Part shown: positions 26,201-37,027 of the stretch, one piece after another | How positions within the stretch are numbered: position 1 is the stretch's first letter | How the letters are laid out: the number at the start of each line of letters is the position of its first letter | Origin: Macrostomum lignano | Taxonomy: Eukaryota | Assembly: GCA_002269645.1 (NCBI GenBank) | Contig: NIVC01000168.1 | Location: forward strand, 1-64,000 | DNA: 64,000 nt | Direction of reading: 5' to 3' | Notes under the pieces: generated by a model | Databases searched by the model: none | What the model saw: only the letters and a program-made list of their open reading frames with translations | What the model was told of the DNA's origin: nothing | Made by a program: the position numbers and the translations under genes

Positions 26201-28420
26201 AGGAGATTGTTGTTAAATTAATTATGCAAGGATTTCGCGACTGCGCACTGGAAGCTGGTACATCGATTCAAGGCGGTCAGACTGTTGTGAATCCTTGGAT
26301 GGTGATTGGCGGTGTGGCTACGTCTGTTTGTCTGCCTAGCGAGTACTGCCAGCCTGATGGCGCCGTGCCTGGCGATGTGTTGGTCCTTACTAAAGCTCTG
26401 GGGACGCAGGTATGTGAATAATTTGCATTGTATTAATTGTACATGTAGTTTGCTAGCTTCTGCCGCTGAATGTCTTTTGAAGTTGCTTTAATCTTAATTC
26501 TTAACGTTCCCTCATTTCTGTGACCCTGTTTTACTCCCTCTCAGGTGTACTGTCACTTTCTTCCTTAGTCTCTTCAGGTGTACTGTCACTTTCTTCCTTA
26601 GTCTCTTCAGGTGTACTGTCACTCTTCCTTAGTCTCTTCAGGTGTACTGTCACTCTTCCTTTGTCTCTTCAGGTGTACTGTCACTCTCTTCCTTAGTCTC
26701 TTCAGGTGTACTGTCACTCTCTTCCTTAGTCTCTTCAGGTGTACTGTCACTTTCTTCCTTAGTCTCTTCAGGTGTACTGTCACTCTTCCTTTGTCTCTTC
26801 AGGTGTACTGTCACTCTTCCTTAGTCTCTTCAGGTGTACTGTCACTCTCTTCCTTAGTCTCTTCAGGTGTACTGCCACTCTCTTCCTTAGTCTCTTTAGG
26901 TGTACTGTCACTCGTCTTCCTTAGTCCCCAAAGGTGTACTGTCACTCGTCTTCCTTAGTCCCCAAATGTGTACTGTCACTCTTCCTTAGTCTATACAGGT
27001 GTACTGTCACTCTCTCCTTGGTCTCTTCAGACAGATGTGTGTACTGTCACCCCCTTAATCTCTTCAGTTTTAGTCACTTCTTTTCCTTAAAGTCTTGGAA
27101 TGTAGTGTCACTCCTCTAGACACTAGATGAACTATCAGTCTTCTAGCTATTCTCTTCAGGTAAGCTACCTGTCTACATTCCTAAGTACCTTAATATCGGT
27201 TGTTTTCACTTCCTCTTTAGTCTTCTCATGTTGAATCTGCTATTTTATAAATCAAATTGTTTTATAAAATTTCCACAATACAGGTAGCAGTGAATGTACA
27301 CCAGTGGCTAATTGAACAGTCGGATCGTTGGCGTCAGGTATCAACGGTGCTCACTGAGCAGCAAGCACGTCAGGCTTATCAGTCAGCAACCAGACAGATG
27401 GCTCGCCTTAATCGCACGGCGGCCCGTCTGATGCGGCAGTACAATGCGCACGCGTGCACCGACGTGACCGGCTTCGGACTGTTAGGGCACGCCAACAATT
27501 TGGCAGCTTGCCAGAAAGCCGACGTGTCTATGGTGGTGCACAATCTGCCAATCATTGCCGGTATGGCGGCTGCTAGCGCTCATCTGGGCGGTGCTTTCGG
27601 TTTGTTGCGAGGCACTTCGGCTGAGACTTCCGGCGGATTGTTAGTTGCTATGTCTAGAACTGATGCGGCAGAGTATTGCAAGGTGAGGATCATTTCTTTA
27701 TGTATTGTATTTATTTAGCATTTTAATAGTAAATTGATTACACCTGCCCCAATCGCAGCTATTGCGCAGCGCATCTGAAAGCTGCGTGCGGCTGTTCAGT
27801 CCACGGACTGGGGGTCGGCACACACCCTCAGTTACCCCAGCTAAATGCTGGCACCCATTTTACAGCTGGATGAACTGAAGCAATACAGAGTTGAGTGTCT
27901 TGCTTAAGGGCACAAATTGTTCCGATTGTGGGATCGAGAATTGAACCCTCGACCTTCAAGTTGCGAGTCAAATCAAATCAAATCAAAATTAGTATATCGA
28001 TAGCTTTTGCACTGTTTGTCTGTCTGTGTAATTCATTTTTTCAAGAACCATCTGGCGAAGAAATAATAGCCGATATGTATCGTTTGTCGATCTGCTCGGA
28101 ACAATTTGCGTCCTTGAGCAAGACACTTAACTCTGCATTGCTTCAATTCACCCAGCTGTAAAATGGGTGCCAGCCATTTAGGTGTCTATGGCGACCCCTC
28201 CAGTCGTTGGACTGAACAGTTACTATGTTCTATCCTATTAATAAAATCTAAAAGATAATCATTTCCAAATTCTATTTCAAAGGCTCTCGAAGCCACGTCA
28301 AGCTCTGACGGCGGCGGTGCAGCATGGATTGTTGGTGTTGTTGAAGCTGGCAGTCGGTCAGCTGTCATTGCTGACAAGCCGCGTATTATTGAAGTCAATG
28401 CCGCTGGTAATACCGAGTAA
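20278..28420 (+). CDS. SEPHS2: Selenophosphate synthetase with in-frame UGA (selenocysteine) at codon 29, SPS2-type selenoprotein, 5 exons, 397 aa
   Basis: Exons 20278-20509, 24253-24356, 26089-26409, 27284-27682, 28283-28420 (1194 nt, GT-AG, in phase). [14 protein letters not shown](20362-64)-[82 protein letters not shown]. Confidence 0.95.
20373..20411 (+). promoter_or_regulatory. Stem-loop 8 nt downstream of the UGA (Sec redefinition element, SRE-like)
   Basis: AGTTCCTC (20373-80) pairs with GAGGAACT (20404-11). GCAGTG (20383-88) pairs with CACTGC (20396-401). Confidence 0.75.
22797..23232. mobile_element. 436-bp MITE with GG...CC ends, subterminal repeats and 8-bp TSD (Merlin-like) in SPS intron 1
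   Basis: AGATTTTA at 22789-96 and 23233-40. ACCAAGACCGCCAC-type motif three times at the left end, and its reverse complement twice at the right end. Confidence 0.85.
26542..27050. repeat. 31-33-bp minisatellite (CAGGTGTACTGTCACTCTTCCTTAGTCTCTT) in SPS intron 3
   Basis: About 15 copies of ggtgtactgtcact inside intron 26410-27283. Confidence 0.95.
27742..27975 (-). mobile_element. tRNA-derived CORE-like SINE, 5'-truncated
   Basis: The reverse complement shows a B-box GGTTCAATTC, then CTTAAGCAAGACACTCAAC...CAGCTGTAAAATGGGTGCCAGC and the same 3' tail as the copy at 32661. Confidence 0.8.
28080..28222 (+). mobile_element. CORE-like SINE fragment, inverted relative to the 27742 copy
   Basis: ggaacaatttgcgtccttgagcaagacacttaactctgcattgcttcaattcacccagctgtaaaatgggtgccagc...ggactgaacag. 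Confidence 0.8.
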
Positions 28421-29335
28421 AATTTATTTTCAATAGTTGAGGCAGTAGAATCAGTCCGTTGTTTTTGTGTGCAGTCCTCAAAGTTGACTATCTGTGCTGA
28501 ATTTTAACAAAAGCCTTTGCATCCTTGAATTGCTTTATGGCAATCGGTTCTTAAGAGCAGACTATTGAATTTTTTCTTAGAAAGAGGAGTCCAAGCCTAT
28601 TCCAAGTTGTTTTTGCCAATTTTACCCGACTTATTCATTGCTGTCATGTTTTGATTATCAATCCATTTGTCTGATGATTTTTTCTGGTACTCTTTCAGAT
28701 CGATAAACACAGGAACGTTTTTTCATTAGAAATTCAAATATAGAAAATTACGCAAATAAATCAGTGGTTTAAATCTGACACTTAATAAGCGTACTTTAAG
28801 ATTTCGAAGCTCGAAAGTTTACTAGCTCGAAACTTCATTAAGCTCAATTTTTGACAATTTCAACGACAAACCTGATTGCATACCATTTCAACCTACTATT
28901 TTTATATTAGCACAATTGATTTAGCTTCGCGGCCTTCAAATTATGCTGTAAGTCCGGTGAATGGTGCTTAAGGTGATCAATGTTTTTGGGCTGAAAGCTT
29001 ACGAACAGGTTGAAATGATATGCAATTAGCTTTGTGTGAGGCAGATTTCTCGTCGATAGTTTTCAACAATACAGCTAGATGACTTTCAAGATGTGACTGC
29101 AAAATCGTAAAATCAAAGTTTGCCCTTGTGAAAACGTTTCTGTGTTTGTTTAAGAAGGCTACTAGTTTTGTCCTAATTGTTAATGTCATTTATGATTTCC
29201 TGTAGCTAACAACACACGATATTAATTCAAGTCAGTAAAATTGTTGTTTCATTTCAAGAATTCGGAGATTCAATCGTAGCAAAATGGTACGCTCTTTTTA
29301 TAGGTCTATGCATTGCGATTCGGACAGCAATAAAC

Positions 29336-29391
29336 ATGACGATACAGTTTGAAAATCAGTTCGTTGTTAAAACTGACCGACTGTGTCCGAA
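29336..29391 (+). promoter_or_regulatory. SECIS element (form II) in the SPS 3' UTR
   Basis: ATGAC (29336-40); helix II GATACAGTTTG / CCGACTGTGTC (8 contiguous pairs including one GU); AAA at 29352-54; apical mini-stem TCAGT/ACTGA; CGAA (29388-91) closes the GA quartet. Confidence 0.85.
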
Positions 29392-29624
29392 TAGAAGATG
29401 GAGGAATGCCTCCCTTATCCGATCGCATTGCTTTGACTGGGGCTGTGTGATTTTAAAAACAAGTTGCTGTGGTTCTTTGTTTTTTTTTCAAATCTAGCTT
29501 GTAGAAGTTGTAAAGCTTTTTCTTGAAGTTAAGTTCAATTTATATTTATTTAGCCAACAGCTATGAAGTTTTAAAGAAATACTGGAAAATATTGTTTAGT
29601 GACTAATTACTAAATGAGAATCAG

Positions 29625-29895
29625 AAGTGACTGTATGATGAGGATTAGAAGTTTCTCTATGATGAGGATCATAAGCGACTCTTTAGTGAGGATCAAGAGT
29701 GACTTTAGGGAGGAATAATATTGACTTTTTAGTGAGGATCAAAAGTGACTCTTTAGTGAGGATCAGGATTGACTCTATGGTGAGGATGAGGAGTGACTCT
29801 GGTGAGGATCAGGAGTGACTCTACGGTGGGGATCAGGAGGGACTCTAATGAGGAATAGGTTAACTCTTATGAGGATCAGGAGTGACTCTCCAATA
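29625..29895. repeat. Degenerate ~24-bp tandem repeat (GTGACTCT..GTGAGGATCAGGA)
   Basis: About 11 imperfect copies of gaggatca/gtgactct. Confidence 0.8.
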
Positions 29896-30178
29896 AGGAT
29901 TATGAGTAAATACTTAAGTTAAAATTTCAAATGTGCTCTTTTAGGTGAAAAATTATTAATCAATAAAGCATTTGTTTACGTGCATTGCTTCTACTTAGCT
30001 AGGCATATATACAAGCTAATTAAAACCTCACGTATTGAATCTGCTAGTAAACTGAGCTAACTAGCACAGTAGCGAAGATTTGCTTGATATCTTTGTATTT
30101 TCGTTCCAGAGCTCATAAGTCAATCGATATTCTGTCAATCTTTGAATAAAACGTCAAGTAAGATAAAAAAACGTAAAA

Positions 30179-32182
30179 ATGTCGAATACTGAACAAGAAG
30201 CAGCCAAATGCATCTCGCGGTTTTGCGAACGGACAGCTGATGGCGAAAGTCCCTTCTCTGTTTTTCCTTTGTGCCAAGAACATCTTGACGAAGATTTGCA
30301 AAGATGTGAAAATCGAAAGGCTGATATTCTTGAAAAGGTCGATAAGCTCTCTTGCAAGTTGGGGAGACAGTCGCTTCAGTTAGAGAAGCAGGCTTTGGCT
30401 ATAGAAATCCAGGAGATTGCCGATATGTTCGATTCCATTCAAGAAAATCTACAGCAGTGGAAAGAAAAACTTATTTCGAGTGTGCAGAACGTGCACGATG
30501 GTGTGTCTGACAGGCTTGAAATTGCATCTGAATCAGACGTATGCGCCAAAGACATAGCTACAGTGTCTAACTCTGGGAATATGCGCGACCTGATACAGCT
30601 TACAGTGTCCATGGAATCCTGGCTAGATGCTGCCACTAGAAGAACTGCTGAATTTGATCAAAAAAGAGCTCAGTTGCGACAGCGACAGAACAATAACTTT
30701 GGTATTCGTTCTGTCGGAGATGTCGCTGCTGGTGTCCAGCACTTGCAAAATTTGTTTGACAGGCATCTGAACGACGTGATGAAGACTTGCTGGCTTGATG
30801 ATGGGGAAACTAAACCAACAGGAATGTTAGAGCATGATTCTGAAATAGGCGATTTAACGAGCAAACCAACACATGTTGCAGCGTGCACTAACACTGCTGG
30901 ATTTTTCGGCGATGCCTCAGGTCGGGTAGTTCGAGCTGACTCAGTTGGGCATGAAATCTCCCAAACGTTGCCACAGCCTTGTATTTTTGTGGCCTTTGAA
31001 AATCAGAGCGCCGACCATCTATTGGTACTGTCACTTGATGGTTCGGTGAGACTTAAATGTCAAGGTGAGTCAGTCAGCGGTCAAACCGCTATCAAAGGAT
31101 TCGAGTGCGACAGTAGACGCCAGCTGTTGTATGTTGGCCGTGCAAATCTTGTTTCTGTCGCTGACTTAAGTGGCACTCTGCTTCATACTATAGACGGTGA
31201 ACGTATCAAGCGTCCTTTTGGTACCGTTCACGGCATGACAGCCAACTCTGATAAGTTGTTTATGCTTTGTTCGACAGACAACGTATTACTGTGGACAGAC
31301 AACGTATTACTGTGTATTAATAAAGATTCACTTCTAGTCGACTCAGAAATCAGATCTAGAGTATTTAACTGTTTAACATCTGCCTCTGTTGGAGTCGGAC
31401 TACATGGCGGTAAAATTATACTATCGGATGCAAAATTGGTGACTCAAGGAAAAACTAGGAAGTACAAAACTTCGGTCTACAAGATTTGCAGTGTCAGTGG
31501 CGAACTAATTCGTTGCGTTAATTTTGTGAGTTCTTTGCCTGATGAAAATAGACACATGTGCCAAGTTTCGGTCTCTAACACTGGCTTCTTATTCTTGTGC
31601 AACTTGGCAACATTAAGAGTTTTATCTGGTTACAATTTTGAGAGTTTAGCTTCTACTTCTCACTCGGAAGCACCAAGCGATCTGGCTCTGCTGCAGTCGC
31701 AGATTATTGTGACAAGTATCGTTACAAATTTATTCTCGAGTCGGTCAAAATTGCACTGTTATAAGTTTCATGGTGAGTTGAAAATTATGCATGTATGTAA
31801 AATCCTCCACGCTGAAAATTTCAAGAACAGAAACCAGAAATTTAGCTGTTATTCATGGCTTTATTAGCTTAATTAGCTCGTAGCACGCTGTGTTTTAATA
31901 ATTAGCGTTTTTACACTTCTGATAAGAAATTTGATAAGAAATTCTTATCAGAAATCTGATAAGAAATTCTTATCAGAAATCTGATAAGAAATTCTTATCA
32001 GAAATCTGATAAGAATGTAACACACGCTTATGCAATTAAAGTAGTCTGTTCATCAAGTCAAGAGCTTCTGTTAACATTTGATTTAATGGAACATTGAATG
32101 ATTTCGAATCTTTGTCTATAAAGTTTCGAAGTTGTAAAGATGGGGATATTGTTGTTTTTATTTATTTCTAATTACAGTTTGA
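30179..32182 (+). CDS. Array gene 1: Zn-finger (B-box-like)/coiled-coil/beta-propeller protein (TRIM-NHL-like, no RING), about 532 aa spliced
   Basis: ORF 30179-31867 with C-x4-C-x15-C-x2-H, a heptad helical region and a propeller-like C-half. Donor GTGAGT at 31773 and acceptor ctaattacag at 32177 give ...CYKFHV*, matching the paralogue ends. The unspliced alternative is 562 aa. Confidence 0.8.
31917..32015. repeat. Tandem array of a 25-bp palindromic unit (TCTGATAAGAA-A-TTCTTATCAGA-AA)
   Basis: tctgat at 31955, 31980 and 32005. The arms are exact reverse complements. Confidence 0.9.
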
Positions 32183-32315
32183 TTCTTTTTTCTTTTTAAG
32201 TGATTCAATTGAGTTATACGAGCCGTATTTATGCTAGCCGTAGCCCGCTATTGTAAATTATACGTTTAAGTGCCCAGGAATAGAAAAAAGTTAGTCGCTG
32301 ATGTGTAGCTGTCTA

Positions 32316-32603
32316 TACTCAGCAACATTGGAAAATTGCCATCAGAAGATTCGGTCTGTGGACCTGTGGTCGCCACTTTTCAAAGTGTAGGTAAAGTCTC
32401 TCAACCTTGCGAGTGACGCAACCTACATGTAGCTACGCCACGCGACAACATTTAGGTCGAGGAATGAAGTGGGGGAATCTCGGTGTGCGAGGATTAGACG
32501 GATTAAAGCTACCCCTCAGTTTTCTCGTATCATTTATTTCAGAATTGTCAAAGATAAATGCTCACTGGCGCATATAGTGACGAGTTTTCAATGTTGCTGA
32601 GTA
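32316..32603. mobile_element. About 290-bp MITE with TACTCAGCAACATTG TIR and TA TSD (Tc1/mariner-like)
   Basis: CTATACTCAGCAACATTG (32313-30) and CAATGTTGCTGAGTATAG (32589-606). A diverged interior homologue lies at about 12440-12590. Confidence 0.75.
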
Positions 32604-32660
32604 TAGCTACTTAATAGTTATTTATTATTCTATACTGGGGTGGGCTATTGGGATATTACA

Positions 32661-32950
32661 GGTTGTAGCTTAGTGGTTAGAGCGTCGGACTTACGACTTG
32701 AAGTCGGGGGGGGGGTTCGATTGTCGACCCACTCAGAACAATTTGTGTCGTTGAGCAAGACGCTTAACTTTGCATTGCTTCATTAACTAATAGCTGTAAA
32801 ATGGATGCCAGCATTAGCTAGGGCAGTTGAAAGTGTGTGTCACCCCCAGTCCTTGGACTGAACAGCCATACGCAGCCTTCAGATGCGCTGCGCAAAAGCT
32901 GTGGCTGAGCTGTCGGTTGCGCATGTGACCCAATTAGGGCAGGTAAAATC
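32661..32950 (+). mobile_element. Full-length tRNA-derived CORE-like SINE
   Basis: A-box TAGCTTAGTGG (32666-76), B-box GGTTCGATT (32714-22), CORE-like GAGCAAGAC...GCTGTAAAATGG, and a 3' region shared with the 27742 copy. Confidence 0.85.
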
Positions 32951-34635
32951 AATTATTAGGGGTATAGGGGTGAAGTTATGCGTGATTATACGAGAGTTGA
33001 CAAAAAAACAAATATACAACTTTAAGCGAGAGGGGCAGAGAGCGCAATCTGTGTCATACTGCCATAAAAGTCAGAAAAAATAATAATTCTAATAATAATA
33101 ATAAATAACAATTATTTTCATCTGGTATATTGTTTATTATCACAGCTATATCAACATCCATCCTCCATTACACAGCCGAGTGTTTTTCGTTTCAAGCCGT
33201 AGCCAGCGGATGAGTTTCACTCTCATGGACAGACGCGGAACAAGCATATTTGAGCACTTACTCGTATTCACGTGTAAGCTAAATACGAGTAACATTTTTA
33301 TTGACTCGGTTGAATTTTTTATCGAAGTGTATACAAACTATACTAATGACCCGTGTCCTTAATGAAGTTTTCGTCTTAATAGTCTTAATTTAAGCTTTGT
33401 GTCCTCTGTTGCCTCCTTATCTTCATTTGTAAAGAATATTAGAATATCCAATTAAGTGAGCCTGTTCAAGTATTTTACTCTTAGCACTGAACTGATCAAA
33501 TAAAAAATAAGCTCAGATATGCAAGCAGATAGCTTAGTAAGTTACTCGTTGCTAGTTAATAAGAAGGTAACGTTCGTTACTTCGTTACCGCTTATCAAAA
33601 AATTACCGATATATTGAAATTATATTAGTTAAAATGATCATAAAGTTTTTTTGGTAGCAGAAAAAGAAACAAAGCTTATTTTCAATTTCAAGTCAACTAA
33701 GGTATCCTATTTTATTTACTGCTCTACAGATTCGATTAAACGTACAGAAAGAAGCTTGTTTTGCCTACTGAAAGCAGCTAGTAGACTTGTTAGCATCGTG
33801 TTTTAATCGATCTCAATCAAACGGAAAAGTAACTCTAAAGTAACAAGTACTTATCGCTACTTAGTTTCTGGCACCGATAATAGAATGACTAAGGTATGCC
33901 ACTCAAAAAATGCGCTCATTTACTCTCTAAGTATAGCGACAATAGTTTTTGCACTTAAACTTGTAAAACTAATAAATTTTACAAGACTTCTGACTTTCTG
34001 TAAGCAGAGTCTCACCAAACCCATTAATTGTCCTAGATTCTAAGTGATTTTTTATGAAATCCTAAAGGTCTTAAAGACTGAAGATAGCGCTCTTGATACC
34101 AGCAAGGCTGATGAAATTGTTACCTTATTTTCCTACTATTGTTTTTGTTGACGTTTATTTTCCTAAGAATTTATGTCATAAAATGTTGCTACTTCGTCCA
34201 TCTCTGATACATGTATACGCGATTGCGATTTTTATGTATCCATTGATATGTTATACTATATGTTATATGTTATATCAACTCAACAGTGACATGAAAAGTT
34301 TTTAGTTCAGACTATTCTGAACATTTTTCTTTAAATTTTATTAGTAAGCATTAGTAGCGGAAAGTTAAGTTGATACTATGCTTAGTTTTGTGTTTATGAT
34401 TTTATTTTATGTCGTAGCTTAACCTTTTCATGTAACGTTTTTTGCGTCTTGCATGCAGCCTTCTACATCTCTGTCAGATTCTTACAATAAATATGCCGCG
34501 CACAGCTGAATGAGTATCTACTAAATTCAATAGAAAAATTAATTGGTTCATTTTTGATGTCATTTTTTTTCATATAAAACTAGTATAATACTCGTAATAA
34601 TAAAAAACTGATTTACCTGACCAACTGCCCGGAAA

Positions 34636-34990
34636 GTGCCCGTCAACATAAGCTCATAAAGTTCATAAGCTCATGAGCCCGAGTAGCCTATGCACAAAAA
34701 TGACACGTCATTCTGCTCACAGTAATACCGGGAAGCTGGGTTTGGCAATAAGAGGGACACAAATTGGACTTAAGAGAACGAGCAAGGGGATGGTTAGGGA
34801 TTATTATGTCAACCTAAGCTCATAAAGTAGAGTCCCTAATTATCCCATTGCTTGTTTTTTCCTATCCCAAGTCGAATTTGCATCGCTCTTTTTGCCAAAC
34901 CTAGCTTCCTAGTGTCATTGTCAGTAGAATATTATTTGTGTACATAACTTACTCGGGCTCCACTTTATGATCCTAAGTTAACAGCCCATT
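34636..34990. mobile_element. Foldback/MITE with about 130-bp imperfect inverted arms
   Basis: gagcccgagta...ggaagctgggtttggcaa (from 34675) mirrors ttgccaaacctagcttcc...tactcgggctc (to 34960). Confidence 0.7.
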
Positions 34991-35428
34991 TAAAGTGCCA
35001 AATGGAAAGATGTGTAAATTTTTATGCAGCGTTCTAGCCTACTTTTCAAGCTTTGAAGTACGTATAATAGGTTTTAGTTCAGCCAATTTGCCAAGAAAAT
35101 GAGCCCACGAGCGTATATTTTGTCCTTATTAGGTATACAATGTATACGCAGTTTGCTAGGGACGATTTAAAGCCGTTCTTTCTACGTTGTTGATATACGA
35201 GCTATTACAACTGCTGTGTAAAGTAATTTCGATGGCATATGATATAGAAAATTCATAAAGCTGCTGAAGCTTCTTAAATCCAAGTAGTGATGTTTCTTTT
35301 GATAGTTATTTTCTCTTTAATATTTGGTAGGATTTGTTTATAGATTTCTCTAGCAACTATTGAACACATATGGGTATTAATTTCAATAAATTGAAGGCTA
35401 ACCGGTTGCTTTAAATTGTTTTCTTTGC

Positions 35429-37027
35429 ATGCCGAAAATGTCAAGTGAACAGCAAATCTGCATTGCTAGATCCTGCGATCGTCCGGCTGAAGACACGAGT
35501 CCATACTCTGGTTTTGCTTTCTGTCGGCAGCATCTTGCCACTGAGATTCAGCGTCTAGAGAAACGACAACAAGAACTGCTAGATAAGCTTGACAAACTTA
35601 GCAACTGTTCAGAAAGACAGGCAATGCGTCTTGGTCAACAAGTTTTGATTGTTGAGATGCAGGAGATTACAGACATGTTTGAAGCTGTTCATAATAGACT
35701 GCACCAGTGGAAGGATCGGTTGGTGTCGCATGTGCAAAAGATCCATGACAATATTGCTACCACGCTTAAGGATGTAGACGAGGCCGATGCTTGTAAGCAG
35801 GAACTAATGCAGGCTCGGGATTCGGGACAGCTGCGCAAAGTGATGGAGCTTGTTGTTTCCATGGAATCATTCGCTGATGACGCTATGGACCGATTGCCAG
35901 AGCATGAAGAACTTCGAGCCGAATTGAAGCAAGATGCTCCCAATCGAATCATTGGCGATGTGTCAGTTGGAGTACAGCAGCTTCAGTTCAAGATCGATCG
36001 ACATTTCACAGATTTGACACAGCACTGTAAGCTTAAAGACATGCCTTCTGATGACTCACCGCAGTGCAATGTGTGCAAGTTCGATAGCACTGTCTCCGAG
36101 CTTCCAAGTGGACCTCGGTACATAACTTTGTGTCAAAACACGAAAAATTATGCTGCCAACCATACAGGAGTGATTATTCCTGCTAAACAAGCTGATAAGA
36201 GAAGTTTAGAACTGCCAGAACAGTGCTTATTTATAGCATTTGATAGGAACAAGGCGGATTATTTGTTGGTGATATCACTAAACAGACGTGATTCTATCGA
36301 TGAGCTAAAGTATCGCTGCGAACAGTTTAACTGGAGCAAGGACATATATGGCATTCATTGCGACAGCAATCGGCAGCAGCTGTTTATAGCTCAGGATCAC
36401 GCTGTGACAGTGACAGACCTGTGTGGCCGAATTGTTAGAGTGGTGACTTCTGATCTGTTCGGTTGGCCTGTTGGAAAGATTTCTGGAATCTCTTGCAACG
36501 GAGACAAAGTTTTTGTGCTAGTGTTGGGCAGCCGCAACCAGAAGGTGCATTCATTTAGCAAGAACTCCGGAAATTTGGAGTCCAGCCTTGATTTAAAAGG
36601 CCATTTTGATGGCGACTTGCGCAAAATCTGCCTGCAAGAGAGCAAGATTTGGCTAGCTGATTGGAAATACCCGAAAGTTTACAAAGTTTGCGGCATTTCT
36701 GGGAAGTTAATTGAAACCATTGATTGCATTGAATCATGTGTTGGTGATATTAAGAAAACGAAATTTTCGCCAATACACATTTGCACTGATGACAGAGGCC
36801 TTTTGTTTGCTAGCCTGATGTCGGCAAATAGCGTAGAAATTTTTGTTGGAGATTCCGTTATTATTAAGTTTCTGGTAGATTTCAACATCGAAGGCGAAGA
36901 AAACGACGACTGCTTTGATCGCCCGGCAGACATGATCATTTTTAACGACGAGACAAAGAACTGCAAGAAGTTAATAGTTTGCGATTATGCTAACGAGAGG
37001 CTCTGTATTTTCTTGCTTTCCACTTAA
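35429..37027 (+). CDS. Array gene 2: B-box-like/coiled-coil/beta-propeller protein, 532 aa, intronless
   Basis: CIARSC...FCRQH, coiled coil, propeller-type blades (IHCDSNRQQLFIA, IWLADW, RPADMII, IVCDYANERLCIF). Confidence 0.88.
   Translation: MPKMSSEQQICIARSCDRPAEDTSPYSGFAFCRQHLATEIQRLEKRQQELLDKLDKLSNCSERQAMRLGQQVLIVEMQEITDMFEAVHNRLHQWKDRLVSHVQKIHDNIATTLKDVDEADACKQELMQARDSGQLRKVMELVVSMESFADDAMDRLPEHEELRAELKQDAPNRIIGDVSVGVQQLQFKIDRHFTDLTQHCKLKDMPSDDSPQCNVCKFDSTVSELPSGPRYITLCQNTKNYAANHTGVIIPAKQADKRSLELPEQCLFIAFDRNKADYLLVISLNRRDSIDELKYRCEQFNWSKDIYGIHCDSNRQQLFIAQDHAVTVTDLCGRIVRVVTSDLFGWPVGKISGISCNGDKVFVLVLGSRNQKVHSFSKNSGNLESSLDLKGHFDGDLRKICLQESKIWLADWKYPKVYKVCGISGKLIETIDCIESCVGDIKKTKFSPIHICTDDRGLLFASLMSANSVEIFVGDSVIIKFLVDFNIEGEENDDCFDRPADMIIFNDETKNCKKLIVCDYANERLCIFLLST

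Noticed and set aside
26611-27119. Hydrophobic ORFs in SPS intron 3
   Set aside because: They are translations of the 31-bp minisatellite.
32661-32730. tRNA gene
   Set aside because: A and B boxes are present, but there is no acceptor stem closure. It runs into a CORE-like body shared with two other copies, so it is a SINE head.
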